A stretch of 24,669 nucleotides of DNA. It comes from Elusimicrobiota bacterium (GTDB lineage: Bacteria > Elusimicrobiota > Elusimicrobia > UBA1565). The notes beneath the pieces were generated by a model. It did no database searches and was not told where the DNA came from. It saw nothing but the letters and a program-made list of their open reading frames with translations. The stretch is from positions 1 to 24,669 of the forward strand of contig JBDREN010000004.1 of the NCBI GenBank assembly GCA_043819795.1, read 5' to 3'. The translations under genes and the position numbers were made by a program. Below are positions 7,736 to 17,358 of the stretch, in pieces. The stretch's first letter is position 1. Each line of letters opens with the position of its first letter.

Positions 7736-10208
7736 ATGAATAACGCGATCAAGCTGGGACCGCTGCTGCTGGCTCCGGCCATGATATGGGCGGACGCTTC
7801 GTCGCCGCGGCGGACAGAGATTCCCCAACAGGCCCTGCGGTACGCCGTCGAGCTGCGCGACTTCGCGCGCGACCTGGCCGCCGGGCAGGGTGCCTCCGAG
7901 GTGGGGCGCGCGGAGGTGGACTTCGCGGTCCCGGTCATAGCGCCCTATGGGATCGGGCGCGTCGAGGGCGGCTTGGCGGTCCGCTGCCTGCGCGCCCCCA
8001 AGGAGGTCATCGTTCCCTTTGAGAGCGTCTCCGGCGAGGGCGCCGCGCCGGAGGCGGTCCGCGGCGTCTTGAGCGACGGCGGTCTTCCGTTCGCCGCCGC
8101 CGCGGTCGAGGCGCTGACCCGCCACGTCCGTCTGTACGCCACCGTCCTGCGCGAGCTCGAGTCCTCCTGGTCCGAGACGCTCGCTCGCGACTGGCTGCGC
8201 ACGTCGCCCGGGCACTTCGGCTTGCGGCCCTTCGGCGTGAGCGAGGGACCTCCGCCCCCGATACGAGCGCGGGCGTCGAGCCTGCGCTACTTGCGTTCGC
8301 TCGCGAGCGCGAATCCGGACCTAGGCTCAAAGACGGCCGCGCTCGCGTTGTGGCGCAAGGCCGCGTCGTTGAAGGCGCCCGGCCTCTCTTACGTCACCGG
8401 CGAAGACGTTTTGGAGGCGGTGCGTCTCCGGACGTGGCCCGGGCCGGCCGCCGCGCGGCCCCCGGCTCCGCCGCGCGCGCGCGACGGGGCGATCCTGGCG
8501 ATGTTGGTCGCGCTGGCCGAGAAGGATCCGGCGCTCGCGGCGCTCGATCCCTACGCGGCCGACCGCTTGGTCGAGGCCCTGGAGTCTTTGCGGGAAGGCG
8601 GGCTCGTCCTCGCGAAGAAGGATCTGCCCGAGCCGGAGCCTTCGTCCAAGCCGCGGCTCTTGTTCCGTGACGTGACGGCTCGCAGCGGGCTTTGGCCGGA
8701 GGGGATCGAGCGCAGGACCTCGGTGGGGGGCCGCGGCCTTGGATTACGACCGGGACGGCGAGCTGGATATATACGTATGTCTTGAGGACCTCGGCGGCCG
8801 CCTGTTCCGCGGCCTGGGGGACTTGCGTTTCGCGGACGCGACCAATGGGAGCGGCCTCGGCTCGAGCGCCTGTCGCCCGGCCGCCGCAGACTACGACGGG
8901 GACGGCTGGACCGACCTCCTGCTGGCGGACTCGGCGGCGTCCAACCGGCTCATGCGAAACCGGGGCGACGGGACCTTCGACGACGTCACGGCGGCGGCCG
9001 GCCTGCCCGAGCGGTGGATGCCGACGCAGGCCGCGCTGTGGTTCGACTACGACAACGACGGCCGCCTCGACCTCTACCTCGTCAACCACGGCGGCATCAC
9101 GCGGGGCAACGCGCCCTACAGCGGCGACGCCGTCAACGGGGTACCGAACCGGCTCTTCCGCCAGCGCCCGGAAGGCGGTTTCGAGGAGGTCCCCGGCGCC
9201 GCGGGCGCGGCGGACCCGCGATGGGGCCGCGGGGCCGTGGCGTTCGACTACGACGGCGACGGCTGGCAGGACCTCTTCGTGGCCAACGATTTCGGCCACT
9301 CGCGGCTCTTCCGCAACAGGGCGGGAGAGCGCTTCGAGGACGTGACGGACCGGGCCGGGGTGCGGGGATTCACCCACGCCCTGGGCGCCTCGACGGCGGA
9401 CTTCGACGGGGACGGCCGCCTGGACCTGCTGGTCTCGAGCTTCGACCGGCGCTGGGCTCCCATGCCGTCTTTGGCGGACCCGCGTCCCCGGACCTTGGTG
9501 ACCGGCGAGAACATGTGGATGGGAGAGGACCGCAACGTCCTGATGCGCTGCCAGCTCTATCGCGGCCTCGACGACGGGACCTTCGAGGACGTGTGGGAGA
9601 GCGTCGTCCCGCCCGTCTACACGGGCGCCGCCTGGAACGGGACGTTTTTCGACATGGACAACGACGGCCGCCAGGACATCCTGATCGTCAACGGTTTCCA
9701 TCCCGACTGCCTATTTTACCACGGGGACCGGACGCTGCTTCTGCGCTACGACCCCTCCCGGAAGGCGTACGCCGACGTCTCGGCCCGCAGCGGTCTCGAT
9801 TTCCCCGACAGCTCGCGCGCGAGCGTGATCGCCGACTTCGACGATGACGGGAATCTGGACGTCCTTGTCACCGGCTACGGCGGGCCGCGGCTCTTCCGCA
9901 ACGAGTCGGCCTCGTCGTCGGAGCGAGGCTGGCTTCGGATCGTTTTGGAGGGCACGCGATCCAACCGTGAAGCGCGCGGAGCCCGCGTGACGGTCGAGTG
10001 CGGGGGGCTCAGGCAGGTCCACGCCTACGGGGGCTTCGGGGGAGGATTCGTGTCGTCTTTCGCCGGGGGGCTTCACGTCGGGCTCGGGGACTGCCGCGGA
10101 CCCGCCACCGTGGCCGTGCGCTGGCCGAGCGGCGGGCTGGCGACCGTCGTCGAGAAAAAGCTCAACCGCCCGCTGCGCATCCGGGAGGATCAGGGGCCGC
10201 CGCGATGA
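7736..10208 (+). pseudogene. Frameshifted FG-GAP / ASPIC-UnbV (CRTAC1-like) protein with unknown ~300-aa N-terminal domain (~823 aa if repaired)
   Basis: ORF 7733-8785 ends with the first blade LLFRDVTARSGL. ORF 8739-10208 continues in the +1 frame with seven DxDxDG motifs and an ASPIC/UnbV C-terminus (WLRIVLEG...SNREARGARVTV...LHVGLG...VRWPSG). Removing one G at or next to the G6 run 8725-8730 joins them. Could also be a sequencing error. Confidence 0.75.
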
Positions 10209-11170
10209 ACGCCGCGCGGTATCTCCAGTGGGTCCGTCCGCTGTTCGGGCTGCCGCGCTTCGGGGAGGCGCGGGCCAAGGACCCGGCGCTCGCTTTTTTC
10301 CTCTCGTTGCCCCAGCGGCTGGAGCGGGCCGCCGGGCCCGGGCACTTCCTCGAGTCCTCGGCCACGACCCTGCGGGGCTTGGACGTGGTCAAGCTGGCCC
10401 TCATCCTCAAGACGCCCCCGGACGCATTGGCGCGCGACGCGGCCCGGCGGGACCGTCCGGAGAAGGCCGAGACGGCGGCGCGCCTGCTCGACGCGCTAGG
10501 GTCCCGTCGCGGAGGACGATACGACAAGAAGCGGGCGGAGGCCGTGCTGGAGGCGCTGGGCCGCTGGCGCCTGCGGGGCTCGCTGATGGTCAGCTGCGAC
10601 TTCGACCGCCGGGCGCTCGCGTTCGGCAAGCTGTCCCTTTACGCGTACCTGCCCGGTCCCGCGCAGCTTCCGGAGCTGCTTCGCCCGCTGGGCCTTGAAG
10701 CGCATTCCCGGGAGGTCGAGCGGCTGGCGGGGCCGACGCTTGGGTTCTTCGGCCTCGATCTCGTCCCGGATGGGGGCGCGACGCTGAAGTTCTATAACCG
10801 CGAGCGCTATTCGGGGCAAGGCCTTCCCGAGCATGTGCGCGCCGCGGCCGAGAACCTGCGGGAGCTGACGACGGTGCGGGACGTCACGCGCCTGACGCGC
10901 GTGGGCGCGGACGTCCCCGCCCTGCAAGGGGGGCGCGCGGCGCCGGGTCCTTCTCCGTCCGTCGCGGGCGGGGACGGACGGAAGGTCTATCTCGGCTTCG
11001 AGGAGGGGGTGCCCCTCAAGGAGTTCGGGCGCGTGCGATGCCTCTCGGAGCACGTCGATTTCTTCGCCCGGCTCGCGCACCGGGCCCCCGGGCAGCGCGC
11101 GTATTTCCTGGGCTTTATGGGGCGGGAGTTGGAGGTCTATTTCGACGACCGTTCCCAAGGGGAAGCCTGA
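10205..11170 (+). CDS. Hypothetical protein, putative ABBA-fold (LynF/TruF/PatF- or DMATS-like) prenyltransferase (321 aa)
   Basis: ATGA overlap at 10205-10208. Motifs FLESS, VSCDFD...KLSLY, FGLDLVPDGGATLKFY, RKVY and terminal LEVYF resemble PT-barrel strands. The CDS is well supported, the function tentative. Confidence 0.5.
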   Translation: MNAARYLQWVRPLFGLPRFGEARAKDPALAFFLSLPQRLERAAGPGHFLESSATTLRGLDVVKLALILKTPPDALARDAARRDRPEKAETAARLLDALGSRRGGRYDKKRAEAVLEALGRWRLRGSLMVSCDFDRRALAFGKLSLYAYLPGPAQLPELLRPLGLEAHSREVERLAGPTLGFFGLDLVPDGGATLKFYNRERYSGQGLPEHVRAAAENLRELTTVRDVTRLTRVGADVPALQGGRAAPGPSPSVAGGDGRKVYLGFEEGVPLKEFGRVRCLSEHVDFFARLAHRAPGQRAYFLGFMGRELEVYFDDRSQGEA

Positions 11171-11179
11171 GGAGGGGGT

Positions 11180-13765
11180 ATGGGGAGCGCCGGAGGAACC
11201 GTGAACGGCTTGGAGTCGACTTTGAGGGAGGGCAAGCGGCTGCTCGATAAGCGGGAGTTCGAGGCGGCGCTGAAGCGCGCGGAGCGGGCCGTCGAGCTGG
11301 CCCCCCGATGCGCCGACGCGTTCGCGCTCCGCGCCGAGCTGCGCCGCCGGAAAGAGGACCTCCGAGGCGCCCTGGCCGACTTCGATAAGGCCCTGGAGCT
11401 GGCTCCGGGGGAGCCCCGCTACCTGGGCGCGCGGGCCGAGATCCGGCGGCGGCTCGGCGACCGGACCGGGGCCGTGCGCGACGCCGCCCGGCTCATCGAG
11501 CTCTCCCCGGACGATCCGGGCGGCTACGTCTCCCGGGCGGAGGCGGAGCGCGGCCGCGGACGGCATAAGGAAGCGCTCGCGGACCTGGAGCGAGCCCTGC
11601 GCATCGATCCCGGCTGGGCGTGGATCCTCGTGGTTCGGGCCAAGGTCCGCCGGGCCATGGGGGACGCGGCGCGGGCGCTGGCCGACTGCGACCGGGCCGT
11701 GGAGATCGACCCGCGCGACTACAAGGCGCACGCCTGGCGCGGCGAGGCGCTGCGGGCCTTGGGGAGGCGGGCCGAGGCGGTGGTGGCTCTCGACGAGGCC
11801 CTGCGTCTGGAGCCGCAGTGCGCTTGGGCCTACGCCCTGCGGGGGCAGATCAAGGCGGAGGCCGGCGACAGCGAGGGTTCGGTCGTCGATCTGGAGACGG
11901 CCTTCCAGATGGACCGGAGGTGGTCGGGCGCCTACGATTTCCTGGGCGACGAGCGGCACGGCCTGGGGGCGGACCCGCTGTGCGCCTGGGTGTACGCCTG
12001 GCGCGGCCTGGCCCGCTGTCTCGAGGGCGACGTGGCCGCGGGCCTGCGCGACCTGGACCGGGCCGTCTCTCTCGATGGGAGCTCGGCCTGGGTCTACGGG
12101 CGCCGCGGCGAGGCGAGGATAATGGCCGGGAGGCTCGATGATTCCTTGGAGGACTTCGACCGCGCCGTCCGGCTCAAGCCGCGCGAGGCGCGCACGCGGT
12201 TCTGGCGCGGGGAGGTGCGGCGTCAGAAGGGCGACGCGGCCGGAGCGCTCGCGGACATGAACTTCGTGCTCCATCTGGAGCCGGACCTTTCCTCCCCCCG
12301 GATGTCTTCCGGCAGCCCGTTCTTCGGCATGGCGTACGTGAGCCGGGCCTTCATCAAGGCCGCGCTGGGGGACAAGCGCGGCTTCTTCAACGACCTGACG
12401 CGCGGGTACCGGCTCGTTCCGGAGGAGCAGCGCCGGGCCGCGCGGGGTCTGCTCTCCAAAACCGATCTGGGGCGCCTGGACGCGGCCCTGAAGGGCGGGC
12501 CGGCCGGCGCCGACCTCGAAGAGCGCTCGTGGACCGAGCGGGCCGAGGAGCTGTTCCGCAAGGGCAAGGGGCGTGAGGCTTTGAGGCGGCTGCGCGCCGC
12601 GCTCAAGGAAGCGCCCAACTCCGCGGTGCTGCATCTTCTTTGCTGGCGGGCCCAGGACGCGCATGGGCGCGGCTCCTCCGAAAACCCGGACCAGCTCGAG
12701 CGGGCGATCGCGCTGGGGTTCGAGGAGCCCGCGGCCTACGCGTGGCTGGGCGGGGCGCGGCTGGGCCAGGGCCGCTGCGAAGAGGGCGTCCAGGCGTTGG
12801 CGCGCGCCGTGGCGCTTGATCCGGCCGGAGCCTGGGAGCATGCGTCCTGGCCGAAGGACCTTTCCGGAAGGGTCCCGCGCGAGGTGAGAGAGAAGCTCCT
12901 CAAGGACCTTTCCTCGCTCAAATGGCCGGCCGAGACCGCGCCGCTCGTCACCTATCTGCGGGCGCGCCTCATGCAGAGGTTGGCGCTCCACGACCGGGCC
13001 GAGGCCGAGCTGCGCAAGGCCGAGCCGCTTTTCGCGGCCTGCCCGTGGTTCTTCGAGTGTTCCGTGGGGATGACGCTGCTCAAGCGGGGCCGGACCCGCG
13101 AGGCGCTCGAGAGGCTCGACAAAGCCGTCTCCCTGGACGCGACCCAGGCCAGGAGCCTGGCTTGGCGCGGTGAGGCGCGATACCGGCTAGGCAAGGCGGG
13201 CAAGGCGGCGGAGGACTTCAGGACGGCGGTGGCGGCCGCGCCGGATGCCCATTGGGTGCGCGCCTGGTACGGCGAGTTCCTGCTGTGGACCGGGCGCTAC
13301 GCGGAAGCGGAACGCGAGCTGGACCGGGCGATCGACATGAATCCGGATCACGGCTGGGCGTACGGCTGGCGCGGAGCCGCCAAGGCGTGCCGCGGCCGCC
13401 TGGCGGAAGCCCTCGCCGACCTAGAGCTCGCTCTGGCCAAGGACCCGGGAGACGTCGAGGCTTTGATCTGGCGTGGCGAGGTCCTGGCGCGGCGGAAGCG
13501 GTACGAGCAGGCCCTGAAGTCCTTGGACGCGGCGGTGCGCGGCGATTCCGGACGGTTCTGGGCCTACGCCTCGCGCGCCCGGGTGCGCGGGATGTCCGGC
13601 GACCGGGAAGGCATGCTCGCCGATTACGCTTTGGCCGGGCGGCTGGCCCCGAAAGGGCTGCGGAATTGGAGCGCGCGGCGACCGCGTCCTCCGGCGGAGA
13701 AGGCGATGGCGGATCTAGAGAAGGCCTGGAAGGAGGCGAAAGGAGACCGGTGGAACGTCGCGTAA
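11180..13765 (+). CDS. Large tetratricopeptide-repeat protein (861 aa)
   Basis: Many 34-aa repeats of the form A-x-A-W-R-G-E...A-L-A-D-x-D-R-A-x-x-L-x-P. GGAGG precedes ATG 11180; alternative start GTG 11201. Confidence 0.88.
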   Translation: MGSAGGTVNGLESTLREGKRLLDKREFEAALKRAERAVELAPRCADAFALRAELRRRKEDLRGALADFDKALELAPGEPRYLGARAEIRRRLGDRTGAVRDAARLIELSPDDPGGYVSRAEAERGRGRHKEALADLERALRIDPGWAWILVVRAKVRRAMGDAARALADCDRAVEIDPRDYKAHAWRGEALRALGRRAEAVVALDEALRLEPQCAWAYALRGQIKAEAGDSEGSVVDLETAFQMDRRWSGAYDFLGDERHGLGADPLCAWVYAWRGLARCLEGDVAAGLRDLDRAVSLDGSSAWVYGRRGEARIMAGRLDDSLEDFDRAVRLKPREARTRFWRGEVRRQKGDAAGALADMNFVLHLEPDLSSPRMSSGSPFFGMAYVSRAFIKAALGDKRGFFNDLTRGYRLVPEEQRRAARGLLSKTDLGRLDAALKGGPAGADLEERSWTERAEELFRKGKGREALRRLRAALKEAPNSAVLHLLCWRAQDAHGRGSSENPDQLERAIALGFEEPAAYAWLGGARLGQGRCEEGVQALARAVALDPAGAWEHASWPKDLSGRVPREVREKLLKDLSSLKWPAETAPLVTYLRARLMQRLALHDRAEAELRKAEPLFAACPWFFECSVGMTLLKRGRTREALERLDKAVSLDATQARSLAWRGEARYRLGKAGKAAEDFRTAVAAAPDAHWVRAWYGEFLLWTGRYAEAERELDRAIDMNPDHGWAYGWRGAAKACRGRLAEALADLELALAKDPGDVEALIWRGEVLARRKRYEQALKSLDAAVRGDSGRFWAYASRARVRGMSGDREGMLADYALAGRLAPKGLRNWSARRPRPPAEKAMADLEKAWKEAKGDRWNVA

Positions 13766-15951
13766 AACGGGCACGGCGGCCCTCCGGGCTCGACGCCGCC
13801 ATCGAGCGAGCTCGGCGGCATCGCGCCAAGGGGCGTCCGGACCGGGCTCTGGCCGAGTGCGACGCGGCGATCCGGCGCGCCCCACGCTTCGCAGCGGCGC
13901 ACGCCTGGCGCGGCGAGATTCTGCGCGCGCTCGGCAGGCCGCGGGAGGCGGCCGCGGCGCTCGGGGAGGCGGTGCGGTTCGATCCGCGGCTCGCCTGGGC
14001 CTACGCCCTGCGCGGGCAGCTCAAGACCGAATGCGGGGACGACCACGGAGCGGGCGTGGACTTCGAGACGGCCTTCACGATGGACCGGGAATGCGTGAGC
14101 GCCGCGCTCTTCTTCGGCGGCCGGGAGAAAGCCCTCTCGAAGGACCCGTTGTGCGCCTGGATGCTCGCCTGGCGCGGCTCGGCCCGCGCGGCGGGCGGGG
14201 ACGTTGGCGGCGCCCTGGGCGACCTCGACCGGGCGATCGCGCTCGACGCGCGCTGGGCCTGGATGCACGCCCGGCGGGGGGAGGCTCGCCTGATGGCGGG
14301 CCGGGCGCGCGGCGCGCTCGGAGACCTGGACCGGGCGATCGCCCTGCGTCCGGACGACGCGCGCGCGCGGTTCTGGCGCGGCGAGGCCCGGCGCCGCGGC
14401 GGCGACACGCGGGGCGCGCTGGCCGATCTGAACTTCGTCGTGTACTTCGAGCCCGATCTCTCGTCGGAGGAGAACGCCTCGGCGAGGGCCTTCTACGGCA
14501 TGGCGTTCGTGAGCCGGGCCCTGGTGAAGGGCGCGCTCCGGGACCGGCGCGGCTTCCTCCACGATCTCGCGCGCGGCTTCGGCCTCATCCCGGAGCGGCT
14601 GCGCGCTCAGACTCGGCGGACGCTCTCGGAAGGCCGGCGCGGGGAGCTCGACGCGGTCCTCAACGGCGGGAGATCGGGGGACGACGGCGTCCCCGATGAG
14701 CGTTCCTGGCGCCTGCGCGCCGAGCGGATGTTCGCGGCCGGGCGCGGGCGGACGTTCTTCGGGCCGCTCCGGGCGGCGCTCAAGCGCGCGCCCAACTCCG
14801 CGGTACTTCATATCCTGAGCTGGCGGGCGCAGGACGATCGCGGGCACGGCGCGCCGCGGAATCTGCGCCTGCTGGAGCGCTCCATCGAGTTGGGCATGGA
14901 CATCCCGGCGGCCTACTCGTGGCTCGGGGGCGCCCGTCTCGATCTGGGCCGCTACCGGGCGGGGGTGGAGGCTATCGCGCGCGCCGTGGCTCTCGATCCC
15001 CGCCACGCCTGGGAGCACGCCAGCTGGCCGCGGAACCTCTCTGGCCAGGCGTCGGCCAAGCGGAGCGCGGTCTGGCTCAAGGACATCTCGCGGCTGCAGG
15101 GCACGGCCGGGACCGCGCCGGTGCTGCGCTACATCCGCGCGCGCCTGTTCCAAAACCTCGGCCGGTACGACCGGTCCGAGGAGGAGCTGCGCAAGGCGGA
15201 ACGGCTCTTCGCCGCCTGCCCGGGCTTCATCCACTGTTCGCTCGGAGAGATGCTTCTCAAGCAGGGGAAGATGCGGGAGGCGTTCGCACGGCTCGACCGT
15301 GCCGTCGCGCTCGATCCGGGGCGGGCGCGGAGCCTGGCTTGGCGCGGCGAGGCGCGCTATTGGCTCGGCCGGGCCGAGGAGGCCGCGGGAGACTTCCGCG
15401 CCGCCGTGGCCGCCGACCCGGAAGCGCACTGGATGCGGGCCTGGCACGGGGAGTTCCTGCTCTGGATCGGCCGCTACGCCGAGGCGGAAAGGGAGCTCGA
15501 CCGCGCGATCACGCTGGCGCCCGAGCATGGGTGGGCGTACGGCTGGCGCGGCGCCGCGAAGGCTTGCTTGGGCCGCCTCGATGATGCGCTCGCGGATCTG
15601 GACCGCGCGGTGCGCAAGGACTCCGGCGACATGGAGGCCCTTATCTGGCGGGGAGAGGCCCTCTCGCGGCTCGGCCGCCACCGGCGGGCGCTGCGGGACC
15701 TGGACGCGGCCGTCGCCGGCGATCCGGGGAGGTTCTGGTCCTACGCCGTGCGGGGCTGGGTCCGCGGCACGGCGGGAGACCGCGACGGCATGCTCAACGA
15801 CTACGCCCAGTCGGGATTGCTGGCCCCCGAGCGGCTGCGTCATTGGAAGCCTGAAAACCCGCGCCCGGCGGCTTCCAAGGCGATGGAGGATCTGAGGCGA
15901 GCGCGGGCGCGCGCCAAAGGGAACAGAACCTACAGGAAGGTTATCCAATGA
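13750..15951 (+). CDS. Large TPR protein, tandem paralog of 11180-13765 (~733 aa)
   Basis: Colinear with the upstream TPR protein (ETAFxMDR, DPLCAW, YFEPDLSS/HLEPDLSS, APNSAVLH, AWEHASWP, LFAACP, HGWAYGWRGAAKAC). Start reassigned to GTG 13750 after AGGAG (13741-13745). Confidence 0.85.
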   Translation: MERRVKRARRPSGLDAAIERARRHRAKGRPDRALAECDAAIRRAPRFAAAHAWRGEILRALGRPREAAAALGEAVRFDPRLAWAYALRGQLKTECGDDHGAGVDFETAFTMDRECVSAALFFGGREKALSKDPLCAWMLAWRGSARAAGGDVGGALGDLDRAIALDARWAWMHARRGEARLMAGRARGALGDLDRAIALRPDDARARFWRGEARRRGGDTRGALADLNFVVYFEPDLSSEENASARAFYGMAFVSRALVKGALRDRRGFLHDLARGFGLIPERLRAQTRRTLSEGRRGELDAVLNGGRSGDDGVPDERSWRLRAERMFAAGRGRTFFGPLRAALKRAPNSAVLHILSWRAQDDRGHGAPRNLRLLERSIELGMDIPAAYSWLGGARLDLGRYRAGVEAIARAVALDPRHAWEHASWPRNLSGQASAKRSAVWLKDISRLQGTAGTAPVLRYIRARLFQNLGRYDRSEEELRKAERLFAACPGFIHCSLGEMLLKQGKMREAFARLDRAVALDPGRARSLAWRGEARYWLGRAEEAAGDFRAAVAADPEAHWMRAWHGEFLLWIGRYAEAERELDRAITLAPEHGWAYGWRGAAKACLGRLDDALADLDRAVRKDSGDMEALIWRGEALSRLGRHRRALRDLDAAVAGDPGRFWSYAVRGWVRGTAGDRDGMLNDYAQSGLLAPERLRHWKPENPRPAASKAMEDLRRARARAKGNRTYRKVIQ

Positions 15952-15979
15952 GCGGCTTGGCTGGGAGGGGCGTTCCGGC

Positions 15980-17311
15980 ATGATGGAAGCGGTGCGGTAT
16001 TCCATGTTGGGCGTGTTCGGGCTTCTGTGGGCCCTCTTCACCTACTCGGACTATCGGTGGAACAAGATCCGGAACCGCTCGGTGCTCGGCGGGCTGCTGC
16101 TCGGGCTTCTGGCCTACGGCGTCCTGGCCCTGTGGACTTGGCGCGCCGAGGGGCGCTACTTCTACTGGGGGTTCTATTCGATGGCCCTGACCCACGTCTG
16201 CGCGGCCTGGGCGGTCGCGGTGGGGTTCTGGCTCCTGAAGATCTGGCCGGCGGGCGACGCGAAGCTCTTCGCGATGATCGCCGTGCTCTTCCCTCTGCTT
16301 GACCCGCTCAACGGGTATCTGCCCTACCGGGTCGTGCTGATCCAGCTCATGAACGTCTTTATCCCGGCGGCCGTGTTCATCATCCTCGGCGGCTTCCATT
16401 GGATGTGGAAGACTCGGGTGGTGAAACGGATCGCGGTCGCGAGGGAGATGGGCCCGAGGCGCTGGCTCGCGGAGCAGAGAGGACGGCTCCGCACGGCCGT
16501 CGTCGCCGAGGCGGCCGCCCGCCTGCGCGAGGCGCTGCGCGAGGCCGTTCGCAGGCCGCTGGCCCTGGCCTGGAAAGCGGCGGACTGGCTCAGCTTTTTC
16601 GCGGCGGCGGGGCTTTTGATGACGGTGCTTTTGGACCGGTACGGGCAGACGCCGTGGCTGGGGTTCGCGCTATGCGGGTTCTCCTTCCTCGTCTGGCGGG
16701 CGTTGGGGGTGCTGCGGTGGGCCAGGCCGGTCGCGGTCTGGGCGGCCGTGATCATGTATTTACGGCTGCATCCCGAGATCCCCGTCGACGATTTCGTGTC
16801 GCGGGCCGCGCACTTCATGGCCTTCGGAGTGACGTTCGGCATGGGGATGAAAGCGGCGTTGTCGTGGGTGAAGGGCGGGCGCGCGCTGTGGTGGGCCTGG
16901 ATGGCGGTCCCCATGCTGCTCGGCGTCTTCGGGCCGCTGCTGCATCTGGCCTGGCCGATGATCGCGTTCGCGGTGTTCCTCGGCGCCGGGATGGCGGCGG
17001 TCACGCTCAATGTGAAGGAGGATACCTGGGACTGGAAGGCGGAGAATCTCCAGGCGTACATGGTCCTTTCGCCGGAGTCCGTGGAGATCATCCGCGAGGA
17101 CGAGGAGTTCTACGAGGAGTATTTCTCTGTCCGGTACCCGGACGGACTGACGCGGGAGCAGGCCGCGGCGCTCAAGGACTGGTGCGCCGACAACTCGGTG
17201 GGGAGCCTGTCGATGCAGAGGACGCTGTCGTTCGCGTTCTGGATCTTCACCGGGTTCGCGCTGACCATCTGGCTCAAGCAGGACCTGCTCCACGCCCTGC
17301 TCCGGTTATGA
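15980..17311 (+). CDS. A24 family prepilin/preflagellin peptidase-like polytopic membrane protein (443 aa)
   Basis: Two putative catalytic aspartates: YSDYRWNKIRN and WPAGDAKLF (GxGD-like). Many TM segments, and a C-terminal soluble loop GLTREQ...FAFWIFTG like FlaK/EppA-type peptidases. Confidence 0.75.
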   Translation: MMEAVRYSMLGVFGLLWALFTYSDYRWNKIRNRSVLGGLLLGLLAYGVLALWTWRAEGRYFYWGFYSMALTHVCAAWAVAVGFWLLKIWPAGDAKLFAMIAVLFPLLDPLNGYLPYRVVLIQLMNVFIPAAVFIILGGFHWMWKTRVVKRIAVAREMGPRRWLAEQRGRLRTAVVAEAAARLREALREAVRRPLALAWKAADWLSFFAAAGLLMTVLLDRYGQTPWLGFALCGFSFLVWRALGVLRWARPVAVWAAVIMYLRLHPEIPVDDFVSRAAHFMAFGVTFGMGMKAALSWVKGGRALWWAWMAVPMLLGVFGPLLHLAWPMIAFAVFLGAGMAAVTLNVKEDTWDWKAENLQAYMVLSPESVEIIREDEEFYEEYFSVRYPDGLTREQAAALKDWCADNSVGSLSMQRTLSFAFWIFTGFALTIWLKQDLLHALLRL

Positions 17312-17358
17312 GCCGCCGCGGCCCGAAGGAAGTCGAGATCAGAGAGGAGGATGGGACG

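Noticed and set aside
5608..7743. 711-aa + strand ORF
   Set aside because: Antisense to the clear M28 aminopeptidase, with no recognisable motifs.
13252..13749. Upstream extension of the second TPR ORF, or a programmed fusion of the two TPR genes
   Set aside because: The extension is an alternate frame of the first gene. Both genes have complete homologous C-termini and the second has its own SD and start.
10496..16041. 831-aa and 805-aa minus-strand ORFs
   Set aside because: Antisense shadows of the TPR genes; their mutual similarity simply mirrors the TPR duplication.
16399..17307. N-terminal 300 aa of the 560-aa ORF
   Set aside because: Off-frame overlap with the A24 peptidase; the real protein starts at 17308 or 17359 with a signal peptide.
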